From a virus, in the IMG/VR virus record IMGVR_UViG_3300031251_000010, positions 11,810 through 75,809 of that record: a stretch of 64,000 nt of DNA; one strand, given 5' to 3'. Position 1 is the stretch's first letter. Each line of letters opens with the position of its first letter. The notes under the pieces are model-generated. The model was given only the letters and a program-made list of their open reading frames with translations. It made no database searches and was not told the DNA's origin. Below are positions 24,895 through 34,729 of this stretch, one piece after another. Made by a program: the position numbers and the translations under genes.

Positions 24895-25289
24895 CGGGTG
24901 CGCTCGCAGCGGTCCTGGCCACGGCGGTGACCGGGTGTCACGGGCCATCCCAGCCAGCACCAACCACCACCTCGACGTGGCGCCTCACGCGTGACGCTGG
25001 CTCTGAATGCACACCGGATCAATGGGGAGCAACCGATCCCTCGGGTCTGAAACTTGAGTGCTGGCAGCGGAACCCAGACAAGATCGAACTTGGCCGCTGG
25101 TGGGCCGTGCACGTCACGGACGGACCCGACGCCATGGGGTCGCCTTGCCCCCGCGACGGTATCCCCGGTATCACCAACGTTCCAGTACCGGATGGGTCTA
25201 AGCCTGGGAGTGGATTCCGCCTTCTGATGTGCCAGAACGGCAAGTGGAAGAACACCCCCGAGGGCTGGCCCGAGGGCACCTCGGCCTAG
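24876..25289 (+). CDS. Cys-rich lipoprotein (candidate immunity protein)
   Basis: Lipobox VTGC; overlaps the upstream stop. Confidence 0.7.
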   Translation: MATTRVAGALAAVLATAVTGCHGPSQPAPTTTSTWRLTRDAGSECTPDQWGATDPSGLKLECWQRNPDKIELGRWWAVHVTDGPDAMGSPCPRDGIPGITNVPVPDGSKPGSGFRLLMCQNGKWKNTPEGWPEGTSA

Positions 25290-25807
25290 TCGAATAACGC
25301 GAGCTGCCCGATAGGTTCTTCTTCCAGCTGGAACGCGCGCCGTAGTAGCACCTTCTCCAGGTCCGATATGCGCCAGTGCTCGGCGCGGGCAGCCTCGTCT
25401 TCGGCGTCGGTGGGGTGGTAGCGCTTACAGGGCTCCGAGTGCTCAGTGCGTGCCTCGTGCTTCCACGGGCAGTGACACCAGCCGTACTGGAGAAGGTTGA
25501 GGGCGCGGCTGTCTTTCCGCCATTGCTCCATCTCGGCACGGAGATCCGCCGGCAGTGCGAGGCCGTACGCGGTGATCCGGGTGACCTTGATCAAGAGGAC
25601 GGGGGTTCCGAACGCTGGGCAGTGGATCTTGCCGCCGTTGGTGCTGAACCCGCCCTGGAGCCATTCGGGGCCGCCTTCAACGTCACGCAGCGTGCCGCCC
25701 CACTGGCTCTGGGCTAGGTAGTCTGCGCCCGCCTTGCTGAGGAGAGCGTCGAGGATCATCCAGCCGCCCATCGCGAACAGGAGCCAACGCTCGTCCTCGC
25801 TCAGCAC
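25286..25807 (-). CDS. Hypothetical phage protein
   Basis: Last gene of the early operon; ends in QLALFD (clamp-binding-like). Confidence 0.6.
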   Translation of the reverse strand: MLSEDERWLLFAMGGWMILDALLSKAGADYLAQSQWGGTLRDVEGGPEWLQGGFSTNGGKIHCPAFGTPVLLIKVTRITAYGLALPADLRAEMEQWRKDSRALNLLQYGWCHCPWKHEARTEHSEPCKRYHPTDAEDEAARAEHWRISDLEKVLLRRAFQLEEEPIGQLALFD

Positions 25808-26172
25808 GGCGGGTCGTTCTCACGGTGGTATCGGGCCCAGGCCAGTTGCCGCCGGGACTCCAGGTGATGTTTCTCGGCGGCGCGGCGCGCGGCGCGTAGG
25901 TCATGGCCTCGGTATAGCTCCGAGGGGACGATGATGGCACCTGGTTCGGACGGGTGGTCGTATTCTGCGATCCAGTGTCGCTCAACAACATTCCGTGGCT
26001 CCCAAGTGCCGCTGAACAGCTTGCTCATCATATGAAGTGTGTACTCCCTGATGCGCAGCCGGAGGCGGTACCTCCCCTCGCTGGCATCGCGGTGGGGCGC
26101 GAACCAGCAGACCCCCTTGTCCCAACGGTCATATTGGCCGCGTTGCCAATCCAGGCTTCCGTCGATCATCAC
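25801..26172 (-). CDS. Hypothetical phage protein
   Basis: Coupled ORF. Confidence 0.55.
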   Translation of the reverse strand: MMIDGSLDWQRGQYDRWDKGVCWFAPHRDASEGRYRLRLRIREYTLHMMSKLFSGTWEPRNVVERHWIAEYDHPSEPGAIIVPSELYRGHDLRAARRAAEKHHLESRRQLAWARYHRENDPPC

Positions 26173-26930
26173 CGCGCCCTCACGGGCTGCATACCGGGGA
26201 TGGCCATTCGGATGAGCCTGTGTGGACTCCCGTCAAATCCGTTGAGCGCGAACGTAAGCATCTGCCACCCGTCCCACCGGGCCATCTGGAGCCAGCCTTT
26301 CGCCGGTACAAGCTCCAGGGGCACGCGCTGCACATAGGGGCCGACATGGAGTAGGGCTTCCACGGGGACAACGATCTGCCGTTCGTGCACCGATCCTGCT
26401 CTCCGCTCGGTGATCCGGACGAAAACGAGTTCTCTCCACTGGTCGTACCTGCTGGATGTCTCCACTTCGATGATGGGGGTTACCAGCTCAGGTTCAGGCA
26501 TTCCTTCGGCCACGCTCCAGCGGACTATTGGCACTGCTGCCATTAGTGCCAGTCGATCCACCGGGCGCTCGATCAGAGCCACGATTTCCTCTTGAGTAGG
26601 GTCCGTGGGGGCCACGCTAACGTCGGGGACCGCGTCAACTTGGAACATCGTGGGCGATGCTGTCTGAAATATCGGCCAACCCGTCCTACGGTCAGCATCG
26701 AAACCATCACCCACGGGGGTGTTCCGGTACGCCACCTTCTGCTCCCCCGTTCCGTACGGGCCGGGGCAGCCGCCCAATGCGAGGCCATGCCATTCGCGAC
26801 CGCACACCGCGCACTTGTCCTGGTTGACGTTGTGGTCGTAGCCGCTTCGCTGGCTGTAGCCGGACAGCTGTTCATCGACCAGCTCGCCGATCGCATCGAT
26901 GACGTTCTGCTCTGGGTTGCGGGTGTTCAT
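26169..26930 (-). CDS. Hypothetical phage protein
   Basis: ATG 26930 with AAGGAG RBS; CAVCGREWH...CPG. Confidence 0.6.
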   Translation of the reverse strand: MNTRNPEQNVIDAIGELVDEQLSGYSQRSGYDHNVNQDKCAVCGREWHGLALGGCPGPYGTGEQKVAYRNTPVGDGFDADRRTGWPIFQTASPTMFQVDAVPDVSVAPTDPTQEEIVALIERPVDRLALMAAVPIVRWSVAEGMPEPELVTPIIEVETSSRYDQWRELVFVRITERRAGSVHERQIVVPVEALLHVGPYVQRVPLELVPAKGWLQMARWDGWQMLTFALNGFDGSPHRLIRMAIPGMQPVRAR

Positions 26931-27349
26931 CGGGTTCTCCTTGCGCGGCGGCGCTTCTTGTATTCGAGTACGTCTCCCCACCGGAAACGGGGGCCGTCTG
27001 GGGTGTCTATGGCCCGGACACCATCGAGCCCTTGCTTGGCGCGGCTGTTCCACATGCGTACGGCAGCCGGTGAAACGTAGGCGTGTGCGGCGACCTCGGC
27101 CGTCGTGAGTAGGTCATCCTCGCCGGGCGGTGCGAGCTGCGGCACCACCCACAGCTGGTTGCCTTGCTGGTCGTCCTGCCAGTAGCAGTCCAGATTGGCG
27201 ACCACCCCAAGGACGGGGTGGGTGGCCGGTACGTACTCAGCTAGGCACTCGGTGAGCTGTTCAGCGAGGCGCCGGTACGACAGCGCAACGCGGCGCGTCC
27301 GCTCCACAGGGGAATCACCCCGGTACCGGTGGACGTTCGGGTTAGTCAA
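26927..27349 (-). CDS. HTH (MerR-like) DNA-binding protein
   Basis: LLTTAEVAAHAYVSPAAVRMWNSR...PRFRWGDV. Confidence 0.65.
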   Translation of the reverse strand: MTNPNVHRYRGDSPVERTRRVALSYRRLAEQLTECLAEYVPATHPVLGVVANLDCYWQDDQQGNQLWVVPQLAPPGEDDLLTTAEVAAHAYVSPAAVRMWNSRAKQGLDGVRAIDTPDGPRFRWGDVLEYKKRRRARRTR

Positions 27350-27527
27350 CGGATTTCGCCGCCTTCTGGCCGAGTGCCGCTACTACAGGCAGTACCTCGC
27401 CGTCGATGTCGTAAGCCATCCCGAACGTGAGTTCCAATACACCTTCAATCATTCTGGCGCCCTTGAGTTTTGATTTGACGAAGTGACCCGTCTTCGGGTC
27501 CTGGAAGCTGAGACCCTCGATGCTCAC
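27342..27527 (-). CDS. Small hypothetical protein
   Basis: Coupled ORF. Confidence 0.5.
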   Translation of the reverse strand: MSIEGLSFQDPKTGHFVKSKLKGARMIEGVLELTFGMAYDIDGEVLPVVAALGQKAAKSVD

Positions 27528-28525
27528 TTCTTAGGGCCTTTCACTGTCTGGCGTTCCTTCGGGGTTTGGTGCGGGACGAGGCCGTTATTGAGGACACCCT
27601 GAATGCTTTCCGCGACAACGCGGCCCGCGCCGGGCAGATCAATGGCCGGGTCGCTGTCCGCCTTCTTGACTAGGTTGGAGATCTCATCGAGTCTTGAATA
27701 GGCTTCTGCTAGCAGGAATTTCAGCAAGTCAGTCTCCTCTTGTTCCTTGATCAGGTCGATTACTAGCCCTTGGAGCCACTGGTACTCGCGCTCAGGCCAG
27801 CGAGCGCCACATGTGGTGCAGTCGTATTCGGCGGTCCCGTCCCAGCGGCCAACGGTGTAGGCACCGCACTGCTCGCCCTTGTGGTTGACCGCCGGGCAGG
27901 GCATAGGGTCCGAATGCCGGAGCGCGGCGCGGCCGAGTTCCTGGTAGACGAGCCGGGACGCGTGCACGATCTGCGCCGCGATACCGACACCGTCGAACGA
28001 TTGAAATTCTCTTGGCTGTCCGTTGCGGGGGTGCCAGCCTTCATCCCCGTCTGGTATCCGCCCCCACACGAGCATGTCCTGCTCCGGCTGGGCCAGCAGC
28101 ACATCGAGATTCGGCTCCAGAATGTTCACGGCGTGTTCGACGGTCGCCTTGTCGTGGGCGGGGAATCCCATCCGTCCGTGCCGCTGCCGGCCATTGATGT
28201 TCAGCGCGGTCTCTACCATCTCGGCGGCGCGGTCGGCGAGGTCAACGATGTGGGCCTGGAGGGCTTCGCGGTGTTCGTTGATGACGAGGGCGTGCTCGTG
28301 GGTGCCGGATACCTTGGCGCCCCCGGCGATGAATCGCTCGCCCATGCCGTGGTGGAGCCGTTCCCAGTCGGCAGGCATACCTTTCACCGCGTAGCGGAGT
28401 TTCGTGAGGCATCCATCGCAGACCACGCCGTCAACGATTTGCGCGCCGACATGCTCGTCTTCGAGTAGTTCGCGGCGGGTGCAGCGGGCCTCGAAAGCGC
28501 AGCGGTGCGGGTCGCGTTGTGTCAC
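27524..28525 (-). CDS. Zn-finger-containing phage protein (possible transcription factor)
   Basis: VCDGC, PCP...CG...CTTCG..W; GTG 28525 coupling. Confidence 0.6.
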   Translation of the reverse strand: MTQRDPHRCAFEARCTRRELLEDEHVGAQIVDGVVCDGCLTKLRYAVKGMPADWERLHHGMGERFIAGGAKVSGTHEHALVINEHREALQAHIVDLADRAAEMVETALNINGRQRHGRMGFPAHDKATVEHAVNILEPNLDVLLAQPEQDMLVWGRIPDGDEGWHPRNGQPREFQSFDGVGIAAQIVHASRLVYQELGRAALRHSDPMPCPAVNHKGEQCGAYTVGRWDGTAEYDCTTCGARWPEREYQWLQGLVIDLIKEQEETDLLKFLLAEAYSRLDEISNLVKKADSDPAIDLPGAGRVVAESIQGVLNNGLVPHQTPKERQTVKGPKK

Positions 28526-28902
28526 TCGGGTTCTCCGTTCGCGAGTTCGAGTAGGACATCGGCATGGCAGGGTTGATCGAGCGCGCAGTAGCAGCACAGG
28601 TCGTGTCCGCGTAGCAGCGGCACCAAGTCCTCTACGCGCTTAATGGAGCCGAGGAGCCAGCGGCGGTAAAGCCGCACCGCGTAGTCGGCTGCCCATTCGC
28701 GTGTCCCGGTGCCCTGGAAGAACGTTCCGGGACCCTCGACTGTCCAGACGCGTTCGCGGCGGCGGCTGAGTAGGCCGGGCTCCGTTCCGGCGGGTACGAC
28801 CTTGAACGGGTTCCCCCATCGGCCGGGCCGAGTAACGCAGATCGCGCCTTCCGGTTTGCGCCAGCCCTTTACGCGTTGCCGCTGGATACGTTGTGGGCTC
28901 AT
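28522..28902 (-). CDS. DUF4326 family protein
   Basis: RIQRQRVKGWRKPEGAICVTRPGRWGNPF...LRGHDLCCYC...CHADVLLELAN. Confidence 0.85.
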   Translation of the reverse strand: MSPQRIQRQRVKGWRKPEGAICVTRPGRWGNPFKVVPAGTEPGLLSRRRERVWTVEGPGTFFQGTGTREWAADYAVRLYRRWLLGSIKRVEDLVPLLRGHDLCCYCALDQPCHADVLLELANGEPE

Positions 28903-29123
28903 TTGTTCACCCCGAGGTAGTCGGCAAGCACCTTGTGCACGAGTGCGAGCGCGCCATCGCGGTGATAGTGATCGACGTGCCCGGATGCCGGTTCCGCGCG
29001 GTCGCTACTGGTCACGCTGTACTCGTAGCCTCGGGTGTCCGTGTAATCGCTCCACTCAACGCACTTGATTTCCACATGACCGACCAGCAGGCCGTTCACT
29101 GTGAGATCGACTGAAAGGCTCAC
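28899..29123 (-). CDS. Small hypothetical protein
   Basis: Coupled ORF. Confidence 0.5.
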   Translation of the reverse strand: MSLSVDLTVNGLLVGHVEIKCVEWSDYTDTRGYEYSVTSSDRAEPASGHVDHYHRDGALALVHKVLADYLGVNK

Positions 29124-29560
29124 GCGGCCTCCTGTTCCCATGAGTTGGCGCAGGTGATGCAGGTGCGGAGGACATACCGGCGCACCGGGTAGCCGCCCCA
29201 GCCCCAGTCGGTGTCGCAGAACCCCTCGAGCTCGGGCACCTCGATGTGGTGCACGGTCTCGGTCGCGCAGGCCGGGCAGGTATCAAAGGAGTTGAACACC
29301 ATAGGTATTCGGTGGGGGCTGGTCTTGCGGGTAAACCAGCCGGTGTCGCCCTGGCGGGCGTTCGGCGGCCACACAGCAACATCCACCCAGGCGGGCCTGC
29401 CCGTGGCGATGCCCGGGAGTTCTATCCGGTCTCCGGGGTGGAGGGTGTCTGGCAGGTTGAGGGTCGGTAGTTCACCCTTCTGGTATATGAGATTGAACGA
29501 GAGGGGCCATCGTTTCCCGTTGCGTTCCAGCCAGACTGGCTCCGGGGTGTGGGCGGTCAT
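29120..29560 (-). CDS. Zn-ribbon hypothetical protein
   Basis: CPAC...RTCITC..SW. Confidence 0.55.
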   Translation of the reverse strand: MTAHTPEPVWLERNGKRWPLSFNLIYQKGELPTLNLPDTLHPGDRIELPGIATGRPAWVDVAVWPPNARQGDTGWFTRKTSPHRIPMVFNSFDTCPACATETVHHIEVPELEGFCDTDWGWGGYPVRRYVLRTCITCANSWEQEAA

Positions 29561-30354
29561 TTCTCGCCCCATTGCTGTTTGCAGTTGGTGCATTCGCGGC
29601 CGATGGTGGCTCCTTCGGGTAGGTCTGTGGTGTGGAGGTAGTGGGCGTCTACCCATCCGCAGCGGGGGCAGCTGTTGGTTGCTTTGAACTCACGCACCGG
29701 GATTGGGCTGGTGTAGCTGAGTAGGAACTCGGGTGGTTCTGGTTGGTCCGAGCTGGCCCCGGCGCCTTCGATGAGGAATCGCGAACCGTCCCAGAGGTAT
29801 CCGCACCGCTCGTTCTCGTCGTAGAACAAGGTGTTCTTGTCTGCCACGGTCAGCCAGGTCGGCAACTCGCCCACGTGCTGGACGGCTGGTCCCATCTTCA
29901 AAGTGGCTGCAATGCTTTGGGCCCGGTACAAGCCAGCGAGAACGGCTGCCAGGCCGGGTTGGTCGTCAGGGCGTGCGGCGCCCTCCTGCTGCGCCGCGAG
30001 CTGCCTTTCCCAAGGCGTTTGGGGACGAATCACGGGGCCAGCTTGAATCGGTGGCGTGCATATTGGCGGCGCCCCCCATGCCTGGCCGTCCCGCGTGATG
30101 TCTGCCCGGCGGGGAGAGACGGAGGCCTTCCCACGGCCCACCGTGACATCGCCGTCGATGGTGTGCGCCGCGAGGGAGCCGTTCGTGGCCGTGATGGTGA
30201 TGTTGGTGCCGGATATCAGTGTCGAGTTGTCGCCCGCCACCTGAACCCGATTCGTCCCGGCAGAGTCACGGCGCAGTTTCCACACGCGGAACCACACGAG
30301 GTCGAGCACGAGTGCGCTCAACGCGATGATCATCGCCATGTTGGCGACGGTCAC
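29557..30354 (-). CDS. Membrane-anchored hypothetical protein with C-terminal Zn-ribbon
   Basis: N-terminal TM; CPRCG...RECTNC. Confidence 0.55.
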   Translation of the reverse strand: MTVANMAMIIALSALVLDLVWFRVWKLRRDSAGTNRVQVAGDNSTLISGTNITITATNGSLAAHTIDGDVTVGRGKASVSPRRADITRDGQAWGAPPICTPPIQAGPVIRPQTPWERQLAAQQEGAARPDDQPGLAAVLAGLYRAQSIAATLKMGPAVQHVGELPTWLTVADKNTLFYDENERCGYLWDGSRFLIEGAGASSDQPEPPEFLLSYTSPIPVREFKATNSCPRCGWVDAHYLHTTDLPEGATIGRECTNCKQQWGEK

Positions 30355-30570
30355 GTTGTTCGCCTGCTCTCCACTGCCAAGATGTCGTACACGCAACCCA
30401 TGGCGTGGGGCTGGGAGTCGAAGGCGGCCATAGGATTCAGCTGTCCCGGCCGCCATACCCACCACCGTGGGGTTTGAATACCGAGTAACGGCGGTAGTTC
30501 CGGCCATGGTGGTCGCTCACCGGCCAGTGATTTCCGTATCCGCCAGCGCTCTAACTGTTCTGGTGTCCAT

Positions 30571-30984
30571 TCACGCGCCATCGGGGAACACCTCCTCGTA
30601 CCGGCGAACCGAACGCAGGATTTCCCGGTGGCTCCTGATGGGCGCTACGCATGTTTCGCAGCGCAGGGATTCATCTCGGCCGGAGAGGATGGCGTGGAGG
30701 CCGCGCGTGGCTACGTCCAAGCAGATCTTGATGACCAGCTCGGTAGCGCATTCATGGCATAAAAAGCTCACCCAGTTCCCAAACTCGTTGACGCCGTCGC
30801 CCTTGCATTCATCGGTCGCGTGCGCCTCGATCACGTACACGGCGGCGTTCGGGCACGGCTCGTCGTCGTGTGCGGCGCACTGGCATCCGGTCCGATGGCC
30901 TTGGAATTGCTCGTTCAGATCGGGCAGCTCCGAGGCGATGAGCGCCTGAATCTGGGCTTCCGACAATCGTTCCGCCATCATCAC
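30571..30984 (-). CDS. Cys-rich hypothetical protein
   Basis: Multiple CxC/CxxC. Confidence 0.55.
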   Translation of the reverse strand: MMMAERLSEAQIQALIASELPDLNEQFQGHRTGCQCAAHDDEPCPNAAVYVIEAHATDECKGDGVNEFGNWVSFLCHECATELVIKICLDVATRGLHAILSGRDESLRCETCVAPIRSHREILRSVRRYEEVFPDGA

Positions 30985-31214
30985 TGCGCTCCCTCGTACG
31001 GCGGGTAGGTCGTAGGCATCACGGCCAGCACAGTCACGTACTGGCGTATCCGGTCGGCGATGACCGGGCCGCCGTCCTCGGCGGTCTCCTCGTAGTCGGC
31101 TACACCGGCCAGACTCAGGCGCGCCAGTTCCATCCCGAGGTCAATTCCGTCCTGGAAGGCGGTTTGTATCGCCTCCGGCGTGGCGCTGGCGGCCTCGGGA
31201 GTCGGCTGCGTCAT
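30981..31214 (-). CDS. Small hypothetical protein
   Basis: Coupled ORF. Confidence 0.5.
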   Translation of the reverse strand: MTQPTPEAASATPEAIQTAFQDGIDLGMELARLSLAGVADYEETAEDGGPVIADRIRQYVTVLAVMPTTYPPYEGAQ

Positions 31215-31825
31215 CGGTCGCTCCTGACCGGTTCACCGCATCCGGCGGCCCCGAACTCATCCCACGGAATGAACCGCTCGACTTCGACTTGGCCGTCGGT
31301 GGAGACGACGATCCTGTCCAGGTCGTCATAGGTGTCCGCCGACCACGTGTCAACCAGTCGGCGGCACCAGAAGCCCCACAGCCGTCTTCGGCGCCCCGTG
31401 ATGATCAGCGTCCAGCAAGGGATGCGGCCGGTGTTCCACAGACGCACGCGAGGCGCTCGCTGCCCGAGCGTTTCGAGCTCGCCGACTTCCGCCAGTGTCT
31501 TGTCCAGGATGACCCGGTGGCGCCACTTGGCTGGGCGGAACACGACGGACCCGGCGCGGCGTCGGCGCTCCCCGGTGGGCGTCATTTCGGTGTAGCTGCC
31601 CCGCAGAACGACGGAAACGAACCACCATGGGTGATCGTGTAGGGCGCGGTCTTCGTCGTCGCGTAGGAACTTGTGGAGATACACGTTCAGCCAGCGGTTC
31701 CTCGGGATCACGTACCAGCGCAGCAAGTACGGCGGCTCGCCCTCGGCGCCGATGGGCTGGTGGGGTTCCAGCCGGAGCCACTTCCGCAGCCATTGGTGGT
31801 TGTTCGGTCCAGTGGTGGTGCTCAT
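31211..31825 (-). CDS. Cupin-fold phage protein
   Basis: YLHKF..DDED.ALHDHPWWFVSVVLRGSYTE...WRHRV...WTLIITG. Confidence 0.7.
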   Translation of the reverse strand: MSTTTGPNNHQWLRKWLRLEPHQPIGAEGEPPYLLRWYVIPRNRWLNVYLHKFLRDDEDRALHDHPWWFVSVVLRGSYTEMTPTGERRRRAGSVVFRPAKWRHRVILDKTLAEVGELETLGQRAPRVRLWNTGRIPCWTLIITGRRRRLWGFWCRRLVDTWSADTYDDLDRIVVSTDGQVEVERFIPWDEFGAAGCGEPVRSDR

Positions 31826-31994
31826 CAGGTCTCCTCGGGTGCTGGTTGGTTGTGTCGTTGCTTCTGGTGGAGTGGCATCACGCCGTCGCGGCGGATGCGG
31901 TAGGGGCGCTGGCAGGTTGGGCAGTTGGCGCGGCCTCTACGCGGTCTGATGAGCGGAACCTTGCCGCTGCCGGCACATACCTTGTCGGTGGTGT

Positions 31995-32639
31995 TCATCG
32001 CTCGTCCCGGAGTCGCCCGTGGGCGCGGAGTACGGCGGCGGCTTCCTCGGCGGCATCCCAGCCTGAGCGGTCTCCGCCGTTGCGGTCGGGGTGGGCTCCG
32101 GCTCGTGCTGCTCGGTAGACCCTGTCGAGCGGCGAATCCATATCGCCAGCGGCAAGTCGGAGTTGGCGTTCAGCCTCATCCGCGGTGACGCCTGCGGGTG
32201 CTTGTTCTCCGGCGGACGGGAGTTGCTTCCATCCGGCGTATTGCTCGCTTCGAGGTGTGATCCCGTAGCGATCGAGACGCCGGAGCGCTTCCAAGGCGAG
32301 CGCGATAGCACGGAGGTTGTCTTGCCAGCTGGTGAACGTGTCGCAGGGGAACGACAGTGGGCCTGTGCGGGACTCGACGTTCAGGATGACGCCGGGGTGT
32401 TCGGGTTTGGCGGTAGCGCGGGGCATCCCGTCGATACGGAAGTCCTGTTCACGCATGGCGATCTGGAGGATGGCGGGTGCGTTCCGCTGGCCGTTCCCGA
32501 GATACCAGAGCTCGCGGTCAAGAAGGCCGAGGGTGTCGCCCCATTGCGCGGAGAAGTTCGAGCGGCGGCGTTCCTGGGTGAGCTGGTGTGGCCAGGCTGT
32601 GATCGGGCGCAGGGTCATGTTGGTGGGGTAACTCGTCAT
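31995..32639 (-). CDS. Phage protein with C-terminal J-domain-like (HPD) module
   Basis: HPGVIL, CDTFTSWQDNLRAIALALEALR, YRAARAGAHPDRNGG. Confidence 0.75.
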   Translation of the reverse strand: MTSYPTNMTLRPITAWPHQLTQERRRSNFSAQWGDTLGLLDRELWYLGNGQRNAPAILQIAMREQDFRIDGMPRATAKPEHPGVILNVESRTGPLSFPCDTFTSWQDNLRAIALALEALRRLDRYGITPRSEQYAGWKQLPSAGEQAPAGVTADEAERQLRLAAGDMDSPLDRVYRAARAGAHPDRNGGDRSGWDAAEEAAAVLRAHGRLRDER

Positions 32640-33574
32640 GCTGACTCCTTGGGTGCTTCGGGGTTGCATTGGCAGCGGCGGAGGCTGTTGTCGTCGGTGT
32701 CGAGCCAGCCGCGCCCGTCGCAGTCGGTGCAGGCGGCGATGCGGGCGCGGCGTTCGGCTTTCTCGCGGGCGGGGCGTTCTGCGTCCCAGGCTTCGCGGCG
32801 TTCACGATGGCGCTGGCATGCGCGGCACGGATCGTCGGTGCCGCCAGGATGCTTTGGGCAGAAATCGGGGGGCGGCGCGGAGCGCTCCCCAACCCAGGTA
32901 CCTACGGAAGGTGAGATAACACCCTGACCCTGACCCTGACCCGACCCTGAGGCGAACCCTTCTCCAAAGGGTTCCCGGAAGGGTTCTATTTCCCCAGGTG
33001 GCGTGAACCCTTCTGGTAACCCTTCACCAAAGCCTTCAGTAAAGGGTTCCGGAAAGGGTTCCGATAGCCCTTGGGTAAGGGTTCCCAAGTGCGCCAACGC
33101 TTCCGCGTGAGCCCTCTTCAAGTTGTCGCGGAGCTTCACCGCTTTCAGGCTTTCGCCTGTGATCGACGGCAGCGGCACCCGCTCCAGCTCGCCGGTAAGG
33201 ACGTACGCGAGTTTCGGCGACTCCACGTGCGCCGCCGAGCGGAGTGCCGACAGCATCACGTTGGGCTGCTTGCCAACCTCGTCGCGGCGCATAAACGACC
33301 GCACCAGGGTCTCCCCGGTGTCTTCGTCAGTGAACACGTACCGGCGGCGCTCCAGCCGCACCAGAGCGTTCTCTACGGCAGACTCCTGGGGTATGCGCCC
33401 GCCCTGACGGAGGGCCTTCCGCCAGCGCCGCATGTTGATCGGCTGCAACCCCGCGTAATTCATGGACGGTTGCGCGATCAGCACACAGAACAGGAGTTTG
33501 TCGAATACCTCCTGCGAGCAGAAGTCCTCATCGGTCCACATCGAGAACCACATACGCCCGTACTCGCGAGGCAC
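32636..33574 (-). CDS. Replication initiator (RepA/O-like HTH protein)
   Basis: MWTDEDF...LERRRYV..D..TGETLVRSFMRRD; internal iterons; C-terminal FCPKHPGGTDDPCRAC and CTDCD..GW. Confidence 0.75.
   Translation of the reverse strand: MPREYGRMWFSMWTDEDFCSQEVFDKLLFCVLIAQPSMNYAGLQPINMRRWRKALRQGGRIPQESAVENALVRLERRRYVFTDEDTGETLVRSFMRRDEVGKQPNVMLSALRSAAHVESPKLAYVLTGELERVPLPSITGESLKAVKLRDNLKRAHAEALAHLGTLTQGLSEPFPEPFTEGFGEGLPEGFTPPGEIEPFREPFGEGFASGSGQGQGQGVISPSVGTWVGERSAPPPDFCPKHPGGTDDPCRACQRHRERREAWDAERPAREKAERRARIAACTDCDGRGWLDTDDNSLRRCQCNPEAPKESA
32955..33083. repeat. Iteron array (candidate replication origin)
   Basis: 8 exact AACCCTT/AAGGGTT copies plus 2 one-mismatch copies, mostly at 12-bp spacing. 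Confidence 0.75.
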
Positions 33575-33602
33575 TACTGCTCCCCTTCCATCTTGTTGTT
33601 GT

Positions 33603-34310
33603 TCACCAGCCGAACTCCGTGGGTACGTACACCTGTGTCTGTGAACGGATGAATCCCGAATCCACCGGGGGTTGATCGGATTCCGTGACTCGGATTAGGA
33701 GCCGCCAGCCACGCCACTGGGCGGGCGTCGCGGTATGGACATTCGACCAATCCCACGACATCCACTGCGCCAAAGGGGCATCCACGAAATCGTCCTCAGT
33801 CAGATGCTTGGCAGAATTCACCTTGGCCGTTAGTTCCCGGTATAAACCCGAGTCCTCACCATGGTCCAACCCCACGGTGAATGGGAATGCCATGAACTTT
33901 GTGGGGCAATCGTTCCCGACATGGATGGTATGGAACCGAGGTCGGTACCCTCCGGCCTCTTGAGCGCACTGAGCCTTCATCGAGGGAGGGCCAGCATTGA
34001 ACGGGGTGCCGACCTTTTCCGTCGCTGTGTCGAGACGCGGAACGCCATCGGTATGCCAGCCGGGTATGGCCGGGATGAAACCCGGCAGCAGTAGTGAGAC
34101 CTTGGTGTCCACAAACACGTGCTTGTGGTCCCCGACAATCGGGGCCTGCTCCAAGCACCGCTGCACAGCGGGGCCGCCGAACAGCACGGCGTTCTGGAGG
34201 CTCGCGCGCTCCAAGTTCGGTGTGGCCGGCAGGCATCCCCTTTCCTGCGCGTAGAACTCGACTCGCTGGCCCAGGTGCGGAGGTTCTACGTTGAACGTGT
34301 AGGCGGTCAC
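33603..34310 (-). CDS. Second 2OG-Fe(II) dioxygenase-like protein
   Basis: PGWHTDG (HxD), VHTATPA (H), WRLLIR (R). Confidence 0.65.
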   Translation of the reverse strand: MTAYTFNVEPPHLGQRVEFYAQERGCLPATPNLERASLQNAVLFGGPAVQRCLEQAPIVGDHKHVFVDTKVSLLLPGFIPAIPGWHTDGVPRLDTATEKVGTPFNAGPPSMKAQCAQEAGGYRPRFHTIHVGNDCPTKFMAFPFTVGLDHGEDSGLYRELTAKVNSAKHLTEDDFVDAPLAQWMSWDWSNVHTATPAQWRGWRLLIRVTESDQPPVDSGFIRSQTQVYVPTEFGW

Positions 34311-34729
34311 TGGATCACTTGCCACGGCTTGTCGTCGCGGATCTTCCAGCCGAGGCCGGGTAGCTCCGGGCCACTCTCGACTTCGACCTTCTTGTCGCTC
34401 GGTGGCTGAACGACCAGCCACGTCAACCGTTGCTCAACATCCGAGTAGTACCGGCGGGCTAGACGCCCGTCGTTGTGGGTAGCGACAGTGCCCTCCGCGT
34501 ACCCCAGGCGAGTGGAGTTGACCTTCTGAATCAGCGATATAACAAGTGATTTCGCGGCCTTGGCGTCGATTTCCCTCATTTGGCTTGCGGCATAACCCGG
34601 CTTGAAGTTGACCGCCAGCCATGACTCATTCACCGTTTCGCGCAGCAGCCGAACCACATTGGCTAGCTCCTCCTCGGACACGGTGACGCGGCTATCGTGC
34701 CGCACTGGCATTGGAGGGGTGTCGGTCAT
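34307..34729 (-). CDS. Hypothetical phage protein
   Basis: ATG 34729 with GGAG RBS. Confidence 0.55.
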   Translation of the reverse strand: MTDTPPMPVRHDSRVTVSEEELANVVRLLRETVNESWLAVNFKPGYAASQMREIDAKAAKSLVISLIQKVNSTRLGYAEGTVATHNDGRLARRYYSDVEQRLTWLVVQPPSDKKVEVESGPELPGLGWKIRDDKPWQVIQ

